Origin: Aquificales bacterium
Lineage (GTDB): Bacteria; Aquificota; Aquificia; Aquificales; QOAS01
Length of the DNA: 52,254 nucleotides
Direction of reading: 5' to 3'
Assembly: GCA_027036735.1 (NCBI GenBank)
Contig: JALWDU010000017.1
Span: 1 to 52,254 of the forward strand
Both the position numbers and the translations under genes were made by a program. The notes below the pieces were generated by a model. The model was not told the origin of the DNA, searched no databases, and saw only the letters and a list, made by a program, of their open reading frames with translations. Shown piece after piece: positions 10,122 through 21,893 of the stretch; the stretch's first letter is position 1, and each line of letters starts with the position of its first letter.

Positions 10122-10898
10122 ATGGATAGGTGGAAGAAGGATAGATACACCTTTGAGGATTTGAAGGAGATAATGAAGGAACTCCGACAAAAGTGTCCCT
10201 GGGATAGGAAGCAGACCCACGACAGCCTGAAGAAATACCTAATAGAGGAGACCTACGAGGTTATAGACGCCATAGAGAAAAGGGATTGGGAGGCGCTGAA
10301 GGAGGAACTCGGCGACCTTTTACTCCAACCGGTATTCCACGCCCGCCTTGCGGAGGAGGAGGGGCGTTTCGATATCGACGATGTGGTCGACCACCTTTGC
10401 AAAAAACTGATAAAGAGGCACCCCCACGTCTTCGGGGAGGAGGAGGCTAAGACCGCCGAAGAGGTTTTGAAAAATTGGGAAAAACGCAAGTTGGAGGAGA
10501 GAAAATCGGTTCTCGAAGGGGTTCCCAAACACCTACCCGCCCTTATGAGGGCTGAAAAACTGCAGAAAAAAGCCGCCAAGGTGGGTTTCGACTGGAAGGA
10601 CCTCAAAGAGGTTAAGGAAAAAGTCCTCGAGGAGTGGAAGGAGTTTTGGGAGGCACTCGAGCGGGGAAATAGGGAGGAGATAGAACACGAGTTTGGAGAT
10701 TTGCTCTTTGCGTTGGTCAACCTAGCGAGGTTTTTAAATATCGACCCCGAGGAAGCCCTCCAAAAGGCGAACGAGAGGTTTATAAAGAGATTTTCCCACG
10801 TCGAGCGGAGGGTCAAAGAGAGCGGAAAACCTTGGGAGGAGTTTACACTCGAAGAGTTAGACCGCTTTTGGGAAGAGGCGAAAAAGCACAACCCCTAG
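10122..10898 (+). CDS. mazG: Nucleoside triphosphate pyrophosphohydrolase MazG
   Basis: CPWDRKQTH, EETYEV, EELGDLLLQ, KLIKRHPHVF and EFGDLLF tandem MazG domains. Confidence 0.96.
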   Translation: MDRWKKDRYTFEDLKEIMKELRQKCPWDRKQTHDSLKKYLIEETYEVIDAIEKRDWEALKEELGDLLLQPVFHARLAEEEGRFDIDDVVDHLCKKLIKRHPHVFGEEEAKTAEEVLKNWEKRKLEERKSVLEGVPKHLPALMRAEKLQKKAAKVGFDWKDLKEVKEKVLEEWKEFWEALERGNREEIEHEFGDLLFALVNLARFLNIDPEEALQKANERFIKRFSHVERRVKESGKPWEEFTLEELDRFWEEAKKHNP

Positions 10899-10936
10899 GA
10901 GTGGGTCTTATACTTAACCCACCAAAGGAGGTAGAA

Positions 10937-11479
10937 ATGAAAAAGTTGCTACTCGGAAGTGCGCTAATCGGTGCCCTCGCCCTCCCCCAAGCGGTTCAGG
11001 CTCAAAAATTGGTTTGCGTGAACGGGGATGAACTCCTGAAGGAATCCCACTACGCCCAGGAGCTAAAGGCTCAACTCACCAAAAAGAAGGCGGAGCTCAT
11101 TAAAAAATACCAGCAGAAGGCGAAGGAATTGATTTCCAAGTTGAAATCCCTCCAGAGGGAGCTATCCAGCGGTCTCCTATCGGAGGAAGCCCAAAAGCAA
11201 AAACAAGAGGAGTATATGAAACTGCAACAGCAACTGCAGATGTTGCAGATGGAAGCCCAACAGGAGGCGCAAAGGTATATAACCAAGCAGCTCCAAAAGT
11301 TGGATAGTTTGACCAAGGCGGCGGTTAAGGCGCTGGCGAAAACGGTCGGTTTCGACGCCGCCATAGACTGCAACGCCCTACTATACCACTCCCCAAAAAT
11401 AGACATAACCCCCCAAGTGGCGAAGGTTATAGACCAATTGGCGTCGCAAAATAACGAAACCTCTGAGGGGAAAAAGTGA
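10937..11479 (+). CDS. skp: OmpH/Skp periplasmic chaperone
   Basis: Signal peptide, long Q/K/E coiled coil, C-terminal DITPQV; GGAGG SD before ATG 10937. Confidence 0.8.
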   Translation: MKKLLLGSALIGALALPQAVQAQKLVCVNGDELLKESHYAQELKAQLTKKKAELIKKYQQKAKELISKLKSLQRELSSGLLSEEAQKQKQEEYMKLQQQLQMLQMEAQQEAQRYITKQLQKLDSLTKAAVKALAKTVGFDAAIDCNALLYHSPKIDITPQVAKVIDQLASQNNETSEGKK

Positions 11480-11583
11480 GTTAATTCCCCTCCTCTTGAC
11501 AAATTTGTCGCCCCGAAATCCACCGATAGGTGTTTCTCCGTTCCCTTACTCCCCTTGGAGTATGAGGCAACCTTTCCCCTTAG

Positions 11584-12342
11584 ATGGGGAAGGTTTATCT
11601 GGTCGGAGCGGGACCCGGCGACCCGCAACTGCTGACCCTGAGGGCTTACAGGCTTCTGCAGACCGCCGATGCGGTGCTTTACGACGCTCTCGTAAGCGAT
11701 GAAATTTTGGAACTAATCCCGCCTTCGGCGGAAAGGATATTTGTTGGAAAGCGGTGCGGCAACCATTACAAAACCCAAGACGAGATAAACCGCCTGATAT
11801 ACCGCTATTCGTTGTTGTATCCCAAGGTCGTTAGGTTAAAGGGTGGAGACCCCTTTCTCTTCGGAAGGGGAGGGGAGGAGTTGCTGTTTTTAGCCGAAAG
11901 GGGGGTGGAGGTGGAGGTCGTTCCGGGCATTTCCTCAGTCTTCGGGGCTGCCGCTTCGGCTGGAATACCCCTAACCCTTAGGGGGGTTAGCTCCTCCCTC
12001 CTCGTGGTGAGCGGACACCGATTGGAAGGTATAGATTGGAAGACTTTGGCGTCGGCGGAAACGCTCGTCTTCCTAATGGGAATCGGCAATCGGCGGGAAA
12101 TCGCGCGCAGGTTGATAGGGGCGGGTAGGAGCCCCGACGAGGGCGTCGCCTTTGTGGAAAACGCCACCACGCCTTTGGAAAGGAGGGTATACGCCACCCT
12201 GAAAGAGGTTGCGGAAAACCCCCCCGAAGTGGGGACACCCGCGCTCTTTATAGTGGGGTCGGTTGTGGATGTGGGAATAAAAACCTCCTTTGGAAAACCC
12301 CTAAACCTTCCCACCGGTGGGGAAATGAAAAGGGACATTTAA
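11584..12342 (+). CDS. cobA: Uroporphyrinogen-III C-methyltransferase (SUMT)
   Basis: VYLVGAGPGDP, YDALV, RLKGGDPFLFGRGGEE and VVPGISS motifs. Confidence 0.95.
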   Translation: MGKVYLVGAGPGDPQLLTLRAYRLLQTADAVLYDALVSDEILELIPPSAERIFVGKRCGNHYKTQDEINRLIYRYSLLYPKVVRLKGGDPFLFGRGGEELLFLAERGVEVEVVPGISSVFGAAASAGIPLTLRGVSSSLLVVSGHRLEGIDWKTLASAETLVFLMGIGNRREIARRLIGAGRSPDEGVAFVENATTPLERRVYATLKEVAENPPEVGTPALFIVGSVVDVGIKTSFGKPLNLPTGGEMKRDI

Positions 12343-12449
12343 CACCTCCTGTCGTTTCCATTTTTTCCAACCGTTATAGGATTGCGCCTATAAAGAAAAC
12401 ACCCGCGGAGTCATAAAATTTAAATCCTTTAAATCTGCAGGAGGATTAA

Positions 12450-13919
<1,470 letters not shown>

Positions 13920-14047
13920 TTTTTTCCTTCCCTTTTAAAGGTTCCTTTCAATAGAAGTCCTTTTTTTGGAGTAATTCTTTAATTCGAAACCCTTTAAAGG
14001 TTGCCGAGTAAATTGGAACAAAAAGGGGTTTTGAAAACGGGGAAGAC

Positions 14048-16195
14048 CTATTGGAGTCCAAGTTTCTTTTTCATTTCATCGTCGTAAATGGCTTTATCCC
14101 AATTTTTAGCTTTCTTTATCTCTTCGGGGTCAAAGATTGCACCGCGGAGGTCGGCACCTTCGAGGTTGGCATTTTGAAGGTTGGCATTTTGGAGGTGAGC
14201 GCAGGTTAAATTAGTGTTAACTAAATTTGTTTGAGTTAAGTCTGCTCCTATTAAAATAGCTCTATTTAGATTAGCACCGCTTAAATTAGCTCTATTTAAA
14301 TCAGCTCTATGTAAATTAGCGAAACTTAAATGGGCACCTATTAAATCAACACCTATTAAAGTGATTTCTGATAAAGGAAGTTTAGCTATAAAGGTATCCA
14401 CACGCATTTGAGTGTGTTTTAACAAATCTGCAAATCTATTTTTTTAGTATTCCTCTTCCAATTGAATTGGTTTTATATTTCTCACAAAAATCCACAAATT
14501 TCCAAAACACCAAAGGGGTTTATTTAAAGGTTTTTCCCCCACCAATTCGTGCGGTTTTACAACAAAATCTTTTTCCAACAAAGAAGGGAAAACATCTTTC
14601 ATCTTTTCCAAAAATTGGTCTTGTTTTTCCCTATCCTCCTTGCGGTGTTTTTCAATGATGGTTTCCAAAAACTTCCTAACTTTGGGTGAAATCTGTTTTT
14701 TCGAAAATAAATCCCATATTAGGTCTTCATACTCTTTATTTTCCTTATTGAGGTTTTCCAATAACCGGTTGTAGATATTCGAGGCCGCCAAATACTCTTG
14801 GAAAGTTTTGTGTATAAATTCCACCGTTTGGGTTCCCTTATCGTTACCCCTGTGGGGGTAAAAGAAGGTTAAAAGACTCCCCAAAAGGGCTTTTTCGGAA
14901 AGTTTGGTTTTCCTCTTGAGGGTTTCAAAAACCTTTAGTTTCTCAACTTCTTCTAAGGTTGCATAAGGTTTGTTCGAGAACTCTATGAAGAATGCGAGTT
15001 CTTCCAAAAACCTCCTATATAGGTAATCCCAGTCGGCAGAGGGAATCACCTTTTTTAGGGGGTTATAAGTGTCATTTGTTTCTATACTTTTTTCCCACTC
15101 CCGTTGGATTACCGTATTTATAAGTTCCTTGTATAGTTCGATATCGTTCCCTATTGTTGGAGTTTTTCCTTTCCTCAAATAGAGGTGGGCGAGCATATAG
15201 AGCAATAAGGGTTGGTCTACTAAAGGTTCTTTCTCCCTTAGATTGTCCTTAACTCTCTCCTTTAAGAGGTCAAAGTTTTCGAGATACACCTTTGGGGGAT
15301 TTTCTGGATTTACCCTTTTCTGGTATTCGTATTTTTCCTCCAAAACTTGTTTGTATTTGTCCAAAAATTCGTTTATCTCCTCGAGGTTAAAAGGTTGTAA
15401 TTCCCAGACGGTGTAGCCCAATCTTTTGTTTAAATCTTCTAAGAATTCTCTAAAATGTTCTTCAGTAGGATATTTAGGGCGTGAGGTTATCAGAACCTTG
15501 CAGTTGTATTTACTTAAACCTTCTACCAATTTTTCTAAAAGGTTTTTGGTTTCTTTCTCCGTCAGGTGGTAGTTCATAATAAATTCGTCCAACCCGTCGA
15601 GGAGGAGAATGGAATTTCTATAACCCTTAAAGAGGTATATAACCTCCTCATCCCACAAAGAGGGGTCGTGGGGCTGGTCGTATTCCCCTCTTAGGTAATT
15701 TGTTAAAACCTTTACCGGGTCGTCTTTAAATTCCTTGGGTAGATATCTCAACCGAACCGTGTAGAGGTTTCTTTTGAAAACCTTTTTGGGATAAGGTTCT
15801 CGGTTGTTTTCCGCCCAATCGTAGGAGAGTTTTTTTATTAGAGAACTTTTACCGCCACCGGGTTGCCCCAAGAGGAGGATGAAACTATTTTGGTTATTCT
15901 CCCACCTATCCCATATCAGGTCGGAAACACCTTTGGGTTCCAACGATTGGTTTGAAATTAAATCTTTAACTCCTTTGGGGTCGGTGTAGACCTCCTTTAG
16001 GGAAACTCCCAAATCCCCGTCCAGGGGTAGGGGTTTTTCAAAAACCCTTTTAAGGGTCTCCTCATATTTATTTTTTACCTTTTTACGTTTAGAGCGATTT
16101 TCTCCTTTTTCCCAAATAGAGAAACCTACTTTCGTAAAAAGTATAGAAAAAATTTTCTCTCCTATTTGAGTGATAAGGTTTATAAAGTCCATCAA
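14048..16195 (-). pseudogene. NACHT + pentapeptide-repeat protein, paralogue 2, split by one in-frame TAA (14444-14446)
   Basis: Walker A GQPGGGKS, Walker B LLLDGLDE and FIHKTFQEYLAA in 14444-16195. The reading frame continues past the TAA (KNRFADLLKHTQ...) into about 16 pentapeptide repeats, collinear with paralogue 1. Confidence 0.85.
14063..14164. repeat. 102-bp block shared with 3729-3830 (NACHT 3' tail, copy 2)
   Basis: About 95% identical to 3729-3830, same orientation. Confidence 0.95.
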
Positions 16196-16304
16196 ATGTT
16201 ATTTTGCAATCGTTATTCGGTAAACCCTTAGAGGGGGCGGAAGTTAATACCCACCTTCGGTTTGGAAAGGTTATTTTTCCCGCGGAGTGGAGAATTAAAA
16301 CCTT

Positions 16305-17606
16305 ATGCAAAAACTCCTAAAGGGTATTGTGGGTTCATTTCTGGTTTTGGGAAGTGTATTTGCCGCAAACCAAAATGCGACGGCTGACGCCTATAACGAA
16401 TACCTCTGGTTTAAGGTCTTTTCGGAGGTTTACTTTATCGCCAAAAACTACTACGTAAAACCGATAACCCCGAAGCAACTGATTATCAACGCGGCAAAGG
16501 GGATGCTCGAAAAGTTAGACCCCTACAGCGAATACTTTACCCCCGAGGAGCTAAAGGAATTTGAGGAGGATACAACCGGAAAGTTCGGCGGGATTGGGAT
16601 AGAGATATCGCTCGAGAATGGTCGTCCGGTGGTGGTTGCTCCCATCGAGGGAACGCCCGCCTACCGCGCCGGTTTGAGGGCGGGGGATATCATCGTGAAG
16701 GTGAACGGCGAGGACACTTATGGGATGTCCATTGCCGATGTGGTGAAAAAGATAAGGGGTAAGCCGGGCACTTTTGTGGAGCTGACTATATTCCGCCCCG
16801 ATGAGAACAAGACCTTTACGGTAAAGGTTGAAAGGGCTATTATCCACGTGACACCCGTTAAGTGGACGGTTATAGAGCCGGAGCATATAGGGTATGTAAA
16901 GGTCGTTCAGTTCCAGCCCGATACCGCCGAAAAGTTGAAGGAGGTTATAGACAAGCTCCTCCAAAGGCGTGTTAAGGGGCTTATAGTCGATTTGAGGAAT
17001 AATCCCGGCGGTTTGTTAGACCAGGCTGTGGCTGTAGCCGACCTCTTCCTTCCCAAGGGTAAGGTGGTAGTTTCGATAAAGGGTAGGGTTCAGCACGAGG
17101 TTTTGAAAACCCAACATCCCGCCGAGGTTCCCGAAAGTATGAAGGTGGTAATCCTCGTAAATAGGGGGACGGCTTCCGCCTCTGAGATAGTCTCCGGCTG
17201 TCTGCAGGATTACAAGAGGGCTATCCTGGTCGGGGAGAGAACTTTCGGGAAGTTCAGGGTTCAGACCCTCATACCGGTGGAGGGTGGCAAATACGGCACG
17301 GTGAAGATTACAACCGCCTTTTACTACACCCCGAAGGGGAGAATGTTGGATAAAAAGGGTCTCACCCCCGATATAGAGGTTAAGATGACAAACGAGGAGT
17401 GGAAAAAGCTCTACGAGGCGGTGAGGGAGAAAAGGATAAAGAACAACATAGGGTATAACGAAGCCGTTTTAGACCGCAAATTGGACAAGCAACTTCGGGT
17501 CGCCATTGAGGTTATAGAGGGTAAATATCACCCCAAAGGGGTAGAGGCAAAAAATAACACCTCCAAAGGGAACGAGGAGAAAAACGCAACCTCCGTAGTG
17601 AGGTAA
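16305..17606 (+). CDS. ctpA: S41 family C-terminal processing protease
   Basis: LDPYS, GIGIEI PDZ, DLRNNPGGLL, TASASEIVSG (catalytic Ser) and TFGK (catalytic Lys). Confidence 0.95.
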   Translation: MQKLLKGIVGSFLVLGSVFAANQNATADAYNEYLWFKVFSEVYFIAKNYYVKPITPKQLIINAAKGMLEKLDPYSEYFTPEELKEFEEDTTGKFGGIGIEISLENGRPVVVAPIEGTPAYRAGLRAGDIIVKVNGEDTYGMSIADVVKKIRGKPGTFVELTIFRPDENKTFTVKVERAIIHVTPVKWTVIEPEHIGYVKVVQFQPDTAEKLKEVIDKLLQRRVKGLIVDLRNNPGGLLDQAVAVADLFLPKGKVVVSIKGRVQHEVLKTQHPAEVPESMKVVILVNRGTASASEIVSGCLQDYKRAILVGERTFGKFRVQTLIPVEGGKYGTVKITTAFYYTPKGRMLDKKGLTPDIEVKMTNEEWKKLYEAVREKRIKNNIGYNEAVLDRKLDKQLRVAIEVIEGKYHPKGVEAKNNTSKGNEEKNATSVVR

Positions 17607-17872
17607 ATGTTTTTCCCTTTGCAGGTTTGCTTTCCTTTCTTACTTTTCTCGGGTTGAGAATTAACCTTTCCTCCGAGTGGAAGGGAATAATAGGGTTTAA
17701 CCCAGGCAAGGTTTTACGAAAATCTCTTTCACAATAAGGGTCTTTTGCTTTGCGAAAACCCTAAAAGGTTTGTTTAAAGCTCTTCCCTTAAAGGTTGGGT
17801 AAATTTTGGTGTTCCTCAAGGGGGATTTAGCGTTTGCTATTCCCCCCTTTTGACGCTAGCTTGCCTATACCC

Positions 17873-18619
17873 ATGAGAAAGTTGCTGTTAGGCGGGCTTC
17901 TGGCTTTTTCGGTTTCGACCTTTGCCGACGGACACGGCGAGTCGGTGCGGTGGGGCTACGAGGGGGATATCGCCCCCCAATATTGGGGTGACCTCTCCCC
18001 CGCCTTTATCATGTGTAAGATAGGGAAAAATCAATCGCCGATAGATATCTCCAAGGAGGGGTTAACAAAAGCTTGTTTGCAACCTTTGGAGGTTAATTAC
18101 TCCGCCGATGTTATGGCATTTTTAAACAACGGACACACCGTAAAGGTGGAAACGGCGGGTGAGAGTTATATCGTCCTCGACGGAAGGAAATTCTATTTGA
18201 GGCAGTTCCACTTCCACACCCCCAGCGAACACACGATAAATGGAAAACACTACCCTATGGAGGTTCACTTCGTCCACACCGACAGATACGGGAATATAGC
18301 GGTTGTGGGCGTCCTCTTTAAGGTCGGAAAGAGAAATCCCGCCCTCGATAGGTTAATTCCCTATATACCCTACAAGGTTGGGGAGAAAAATTACCTCCTC
18401 TTGAAGTTTAATCCGATATACCTCTTTCCCCAAAATAGGGATTACTACCGCTACAGCGGTTCTTTAACCACCCCGCCCTGCTCGGAGGGGGTTAGGTGGG
18501 TCGTCTTCAAGGAGGTTGTAGAGGTCTCCCCCGAGCAACTGGAGGCTTTCGAAAGGGCTATAGGTGTGGAGAACAACCGCCCCGTTCAACCGCTCAACGC
18601 GAGGAGGATACTCTATTAA
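17873..18619 (+). CDS. cah: Periplasmic alpha-carbonic anhydrase
   Basis: Signal peptide, WGY, NQSPIDI, QFHFHTPSEH and EVHFVH zinc ligands, GSLTTPPCSEGV, NNRPVQPLN. Confidence 0.96.
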   Translation: MRKLLLGGLLAFSVSTFADGHGESVRWGYEGDIAPQYWGDLSPAFIMCKIGKNQSPIDISKEGLTKACLQPLEVNYSADVMAFLNNGHTVKVETAGESYIVLDGRKFYLRQFHFHTPSEHTINGKHYPMEVHFVHTDRYGNIAVVGVLFKVGKRNPALDRLIPYIPYKVGEKNYLLLKFNPIYLFPQNRDYYRYSGSLTTPPCSEGVRWVVFKEVVEVSPEQLEAFERAIGVENNRPVQPLNARRILY

Positions 18620-18660
18620 TCCCCTTTTTGGTCGCCTTTTTCTTCCTACCTTTAATGGGT

Positions 18661-20313
18661 ATGGAAAATCCCGCCCTTTACTACCACGAGAGGACTAAAC
18701 ACTACCCCTGGAGGTATGCGAGGTCTCTGGGTTACCTCGATTGGGATACCCAACCGAACCCCTTCCGCTTTTGGGAGGGTGCGGAGGTTGTAAGGCTACC
18801 TCTGTTGGAAGACCCTTCCCACCCCCCTTTGGCGCTCTACGATTTATCCCTCGTAGGGGAGCAACCCTTTACTTTGGAAAACCTTTCGAAGTTTCTCGAA
18901 CTGGCGCTCGGACTTTCGGCGTGGAAGTCGGCGGGGGGCAGCACCTGGGCGGTCAGGATGAACCCCTCCAGCGGCAACCTGCACCCGACCGAGTGCTACC
19001 TGATACTGCCCGATGTGGCGGGTCTGAGGGGGGTCTTTCACTACAACCCGTTTCTGCACGCTTTGGAGAAGGTAAGGGATATCCCCGCGCCTCTGGCGCG
19101 GGCTATTAGGGAACACTTCAAAACGGAGGGCTTTATCGCCGTTTTGACCTCCATTCCCTGGCGCGAGAGCTGGAAATACGGCGAGAGGGCACTCCGCTAC
19201 TGCCTCCTAGATACGGGACACGCCATAGGGTCTTTGCGCTTTTCTGCGAACCTAAAGGGGTGGAGGGTAAAGTGGCTCTCCGCCTTGGGCGACGGAGACC
19301 TAAAGACCCTTTTGGGGTTCGATAAGGTTGAGTTCCCCGAAGGGGAGGAGGAGTTTCCCGAACTCGCCCTGTTCGTTTTTCCGAAATCGACCCCCGATGT
19401 GGAGAGGGATATCCCTCCCCAAATTGTGGAGGCTTTTGGAAAGCTTCCCTTTTACGGGAAACCGAACGTCCTAAGCCCCGACAGGGTGATATGGGAAGTT
19501 GTTTATACCACCGCAAGGGGGATAGAGAAGCCGAGAACTTCCCCTCTGAGGTTTTCCTACGGCGATAAACCCCTAAGGGTGGAGGTTCCCTACAAACTCC
19601 GTTCGGCGGAGGAGATTATCAGAACCCGTAGGAGCGGACACATATACGACCCCAACGTGTGGATAGACAAAGGAGTCTTCCTCCAAATGTTGGATAGAAC
19701 CCTGCCGAGGGATAGCTTTTCGCCCTTCGACGTTGAGATTTCCCCCACCTTTATAAGTTTGGTCTTATTCGTCCACCGCGTTAGGGGTATTCCAAAAGGG
19801 CTTTACACCTTTATAAGGAACGAAAGACATTTAGACCTCTTTAGGGAGCGCTTTAAGAGGGATTTCCTCTGGGAGGAGGTGGAGGAGAACCTATACCTCC
19901 TTGCGGAGGGGGATACGACCGATATTGCGGCGTATCTGTCGTGTATGCAAGAGATTGCGGGAAATAGCGCCTTTGCGGCGGCGATGGTAGCCGAGTTCGA
20001 ACCGGTGGTTTCCAAAGCGCCCTGGCTTTATAGAAATATCCACTGGGAGGCGGGCTTAATAGGGCAGGTGCTCTACCTGGAGGCTACCGGATACGGAATA
20101 AAGGGAACGGGCATAGGGTGCTTTTTCGACGACCTCACCCACGAGGTGTTGGGGTTGGCAAAGATACGCAAAGGGGTGATGTCGAACCTTTTAGAACCGG
20201 AGGTGGAGGTCGACAGAAGCCTGCAGGTGGTCTACCACTTTACGGTAGGGGGTGCCTACGAAGACCCGCGCATTCAAACGATTCCGCCCTACTATCACTT
20301 GGAAAGAGTTTAA
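18661..20313 (+). CDS. SagB/ThcOx-like double-domain nitroreductase
   Basis: YHERTKH, RMNPSSGNLHPTE, WKYGERALRY..LDTGHA, RRS, EAG..GQ.LYLEA and GIGCFFDD motifs. Confidence 0.88.
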   Translation: MENPALYYHERTKHYPWRYARSLGYLDWDTQPNPFRFWEGAEVVRLPLLEDPSHPPLALYDLSLVGEQPFTLENLSKFLELALGLSAWKSAGGSTWAVRMNPSSGNLHPTECYLILPDVAGLRGVFHYNPFLHALEKVRDIPAPLARAIREHFKTEGFIAVLTSIPWRESWKYGERALRYCLLDTGHAIGSLRFSANLKGWRVKWLSALGDGDLKTLLGFDKVEFPEGEEEFPELALFVFPKSTPDVERDIPPQIVEAFGKLPFYGKPNVLSPDRVIWEVVYTTARGIEKPRTSPLRFSYGDKPLRVEVPYKLRSAEEIIRTRRSGHIYDPNVWIDKGVFLQMLDRTLPRDSFSPFDVEISPTFISLVLFVHRVRGIPKGLYTFIRNERHLDLFRERFKRDFLWEEVEENLYLLAEGDTTDIAAYLSCMQEIAGNSAFAAAMVAEFEPVVSKAPWLYRNIHWEAGLIGQVLYLEATGYGIKGTGIGCFFDDLTHEVLGLAKIRKGVMSNLLEPEVEVDRSLQVVYHFTVGGAYEDPRIQTIPPYYHLERV

Positions 20314-20315
20314 AG

Positions 20316-20340
20316 CCCGCGCGGAGCGCGGGGATTTCTC
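20316..20340 (+). terminator. Putative intrinsic terminator after nitroreductase
   Basis: CCCGCGC-GGA-GCGCGGG perfect 7-bp GC stem just after the stop, followed by ATTTCTCTTT. Confidence 0.55.
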
Positions 20341-20360
20341 TTTCCCTAAAATCTACCCCT

Positions 20361-21890
20361 ATGTCCGAAATGGGTAGGCTCCTACTGCTGGGCGGTCTCG
20401 CCGGCACCCTGTTTGCCTCCGGCATCGGCGATGTGGAGAGATTTTTCACCGCCCAAGGGGTTATAGTGGCTAAATCGGATAACAACACCTACGTGTGCGA
20501 TAAGGGTCTGCCCTATTTTAGGGTGGGTTTTCCCGTCTCCACCTTTAGGGGTAGCTATGTGGAAAATCCCCTAACGGGAAAAAAGAGCTTCGTGATACTC
20601 GGCGAGAGCGGTAAGGGTATCGTTGTGGAAAGCTTTAAAACCAATTCGGTAATCCGCATTACGGAAAATAAGGGCGTGAGGGTCGGCGACATAGCCCGTC
20701 TCCGCTATAAGGAGATATGCTTTAAGGGTTCGGATTTGGCTTTCGAGAAGCTCCAAAACCTCCTGCCGGTGGTTAGGAGCGACAATCCCGCCGCCTGCCG
20801 TTGGGGTATAGAGGAGAGAGCCGACGGCTACGAAGTCCTTTTCGAGGGAAAGGAGGTCTTCTTCGCCCGGAAGGAACTGCCGTCCTACGCCTATTCGGAG
20901 AGGAAAGTCCCCTTTAGGGAGCTCAACATATTCGTCAAAGCCTACGAGCTGGGTAGGTTTTCGGAGGTGCCCGTCGGTGTGGACGCCCTCTCCAACGGAA
21001 AGCTGACCCTCGTGGCGGTGGCTCTACCCGAAGGGGTCAAACTCTATCAGGAGGTCGGCGGGGGACTGAACCCCATAGGGTTGCTCCCCACCCCCAACGG
21101 CAAGCTGGTGGGTATCCGCATGGTGAGTGTCGGGGGAACGGTTTACATCCTCGGGAACGCCCTAACGCCCGACGCGCAACCGGTCTCCTTCGTGGCGAAA
21201 TTGGTAGGAACGAACCCGGTTGTGGTGAAAAGCGATATTCCCTACCTCTTCGGGGTTTTGAGGAAGGGGGATAAACCCCTCGTCGTGGTTCAAAAGTTCG
21301 ACAGCTCCTTCGGGGAGACCTACAGATTCGACCTAACCCGCCTAAAGGTTGGGGAAAAGTTGAATACCCCCGAAGGGTTTAGGGCGGATACCGCCATCCT
21401 CTCGTCGGACGGAAAGTTGGTCTTTATAGACAGCGGCGGGATTTTGAGGATTTTCGAGGGTTCCTTTAAAGGGGGTTTCAAACACGTGGTTGACATCGAG
21501 GGGAACTTCGGAAAATCCTACACCGCCGTTGGAGTTCCCTCTCCGGTCGGCGACACCTCTTTGAGGAAGGTATTCTTCCCCCCCCACCCGGTGGAGGTTC
21601 AGCTTTTTGGCTTTAAAGGTTTCCTCGTCGCGGAGAACGAGAGCGAGCAAATAGTTCCCCTCCTGGGAGGAAAGTTGCTAAAGTTCCGCGGTGGGAAGTT
21701 GGTATTCGTAGCCCAAACCGAAAGGGGTCTCTACGAGAAAAAGACCCTAAGGGGTTTTGTGTTCGAGGACGCCCTTCAGGGGATAGCGGTTGACGGAAAT
21801 GGAACACCCTTTGCGGTTAGCGGTTACAAAAACCCCTTCCTCTTCCAAAAGGGTGGTAAGATTTACAGACTAGAATTTAGGTATTTCTAA
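20361..21890 (+). CDS. Exported hypothetical protein, probable C-terminal beta-propeller (VCBS/FG-GAP-like)
   Basis: Signal peptide MGRLLLLGGLAGTLFA, ENPLTGK motif and beta-rich repeats; family assignment tentative. Confidence 0.6.
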   Translation: MSEMGRLLLLGGLAGTLFASGIGDVERFFTAQGVIVAKSDNNTYVCDKGLPYFRVGFPVSTFRGSYVENPLTGKKSFVILGESGKGIVVESFKTNSVIRITENKGVRVGDIARLRYKEICFKGSDLAFEKLQNLLPVVRSDNPAACRWGIEERADGYEVLFEGKEVFFARKELPSYAYSERKVPFRELNIFVKAYELGRFSEVPVGVDALSNGKLTLVAVALPEGVKLYQEVGGGLNPIGLLPTPNGKLVGIRMVSVGGTVYILGNALTPDAQPVSFVAKLVGTNPVVVKSDIPYLFGVLRKGDKPLVVVQKFDSSFGETYRFDLTRLKVGEKLNTPEGFRADTAILSSDGKLVFIDSGGILRIFEGSFKGGFKHVVDIEGNFGKSYTAVGVPSPVGDTSLRKVFFPPHPVEVQLFGFKGFLVAENESEQIVPLLGGKLLKFRGGKLVFVAQTERGLYEKKTLRGFVFEDALQGIAVDGNGTPFAVSGYKNPFLFQKGGKIYRLEFRYF

Positions 21891-21893
21891 GCC

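Noticed and set aside
17607-17872. Small gene or ncRNA between ctpA and carbonic anhydrase
   Set aside because: The 65-aa minus-strand ORF overlaps ctpA, lacks a start context or motif, and no convincing stable structure is evident.
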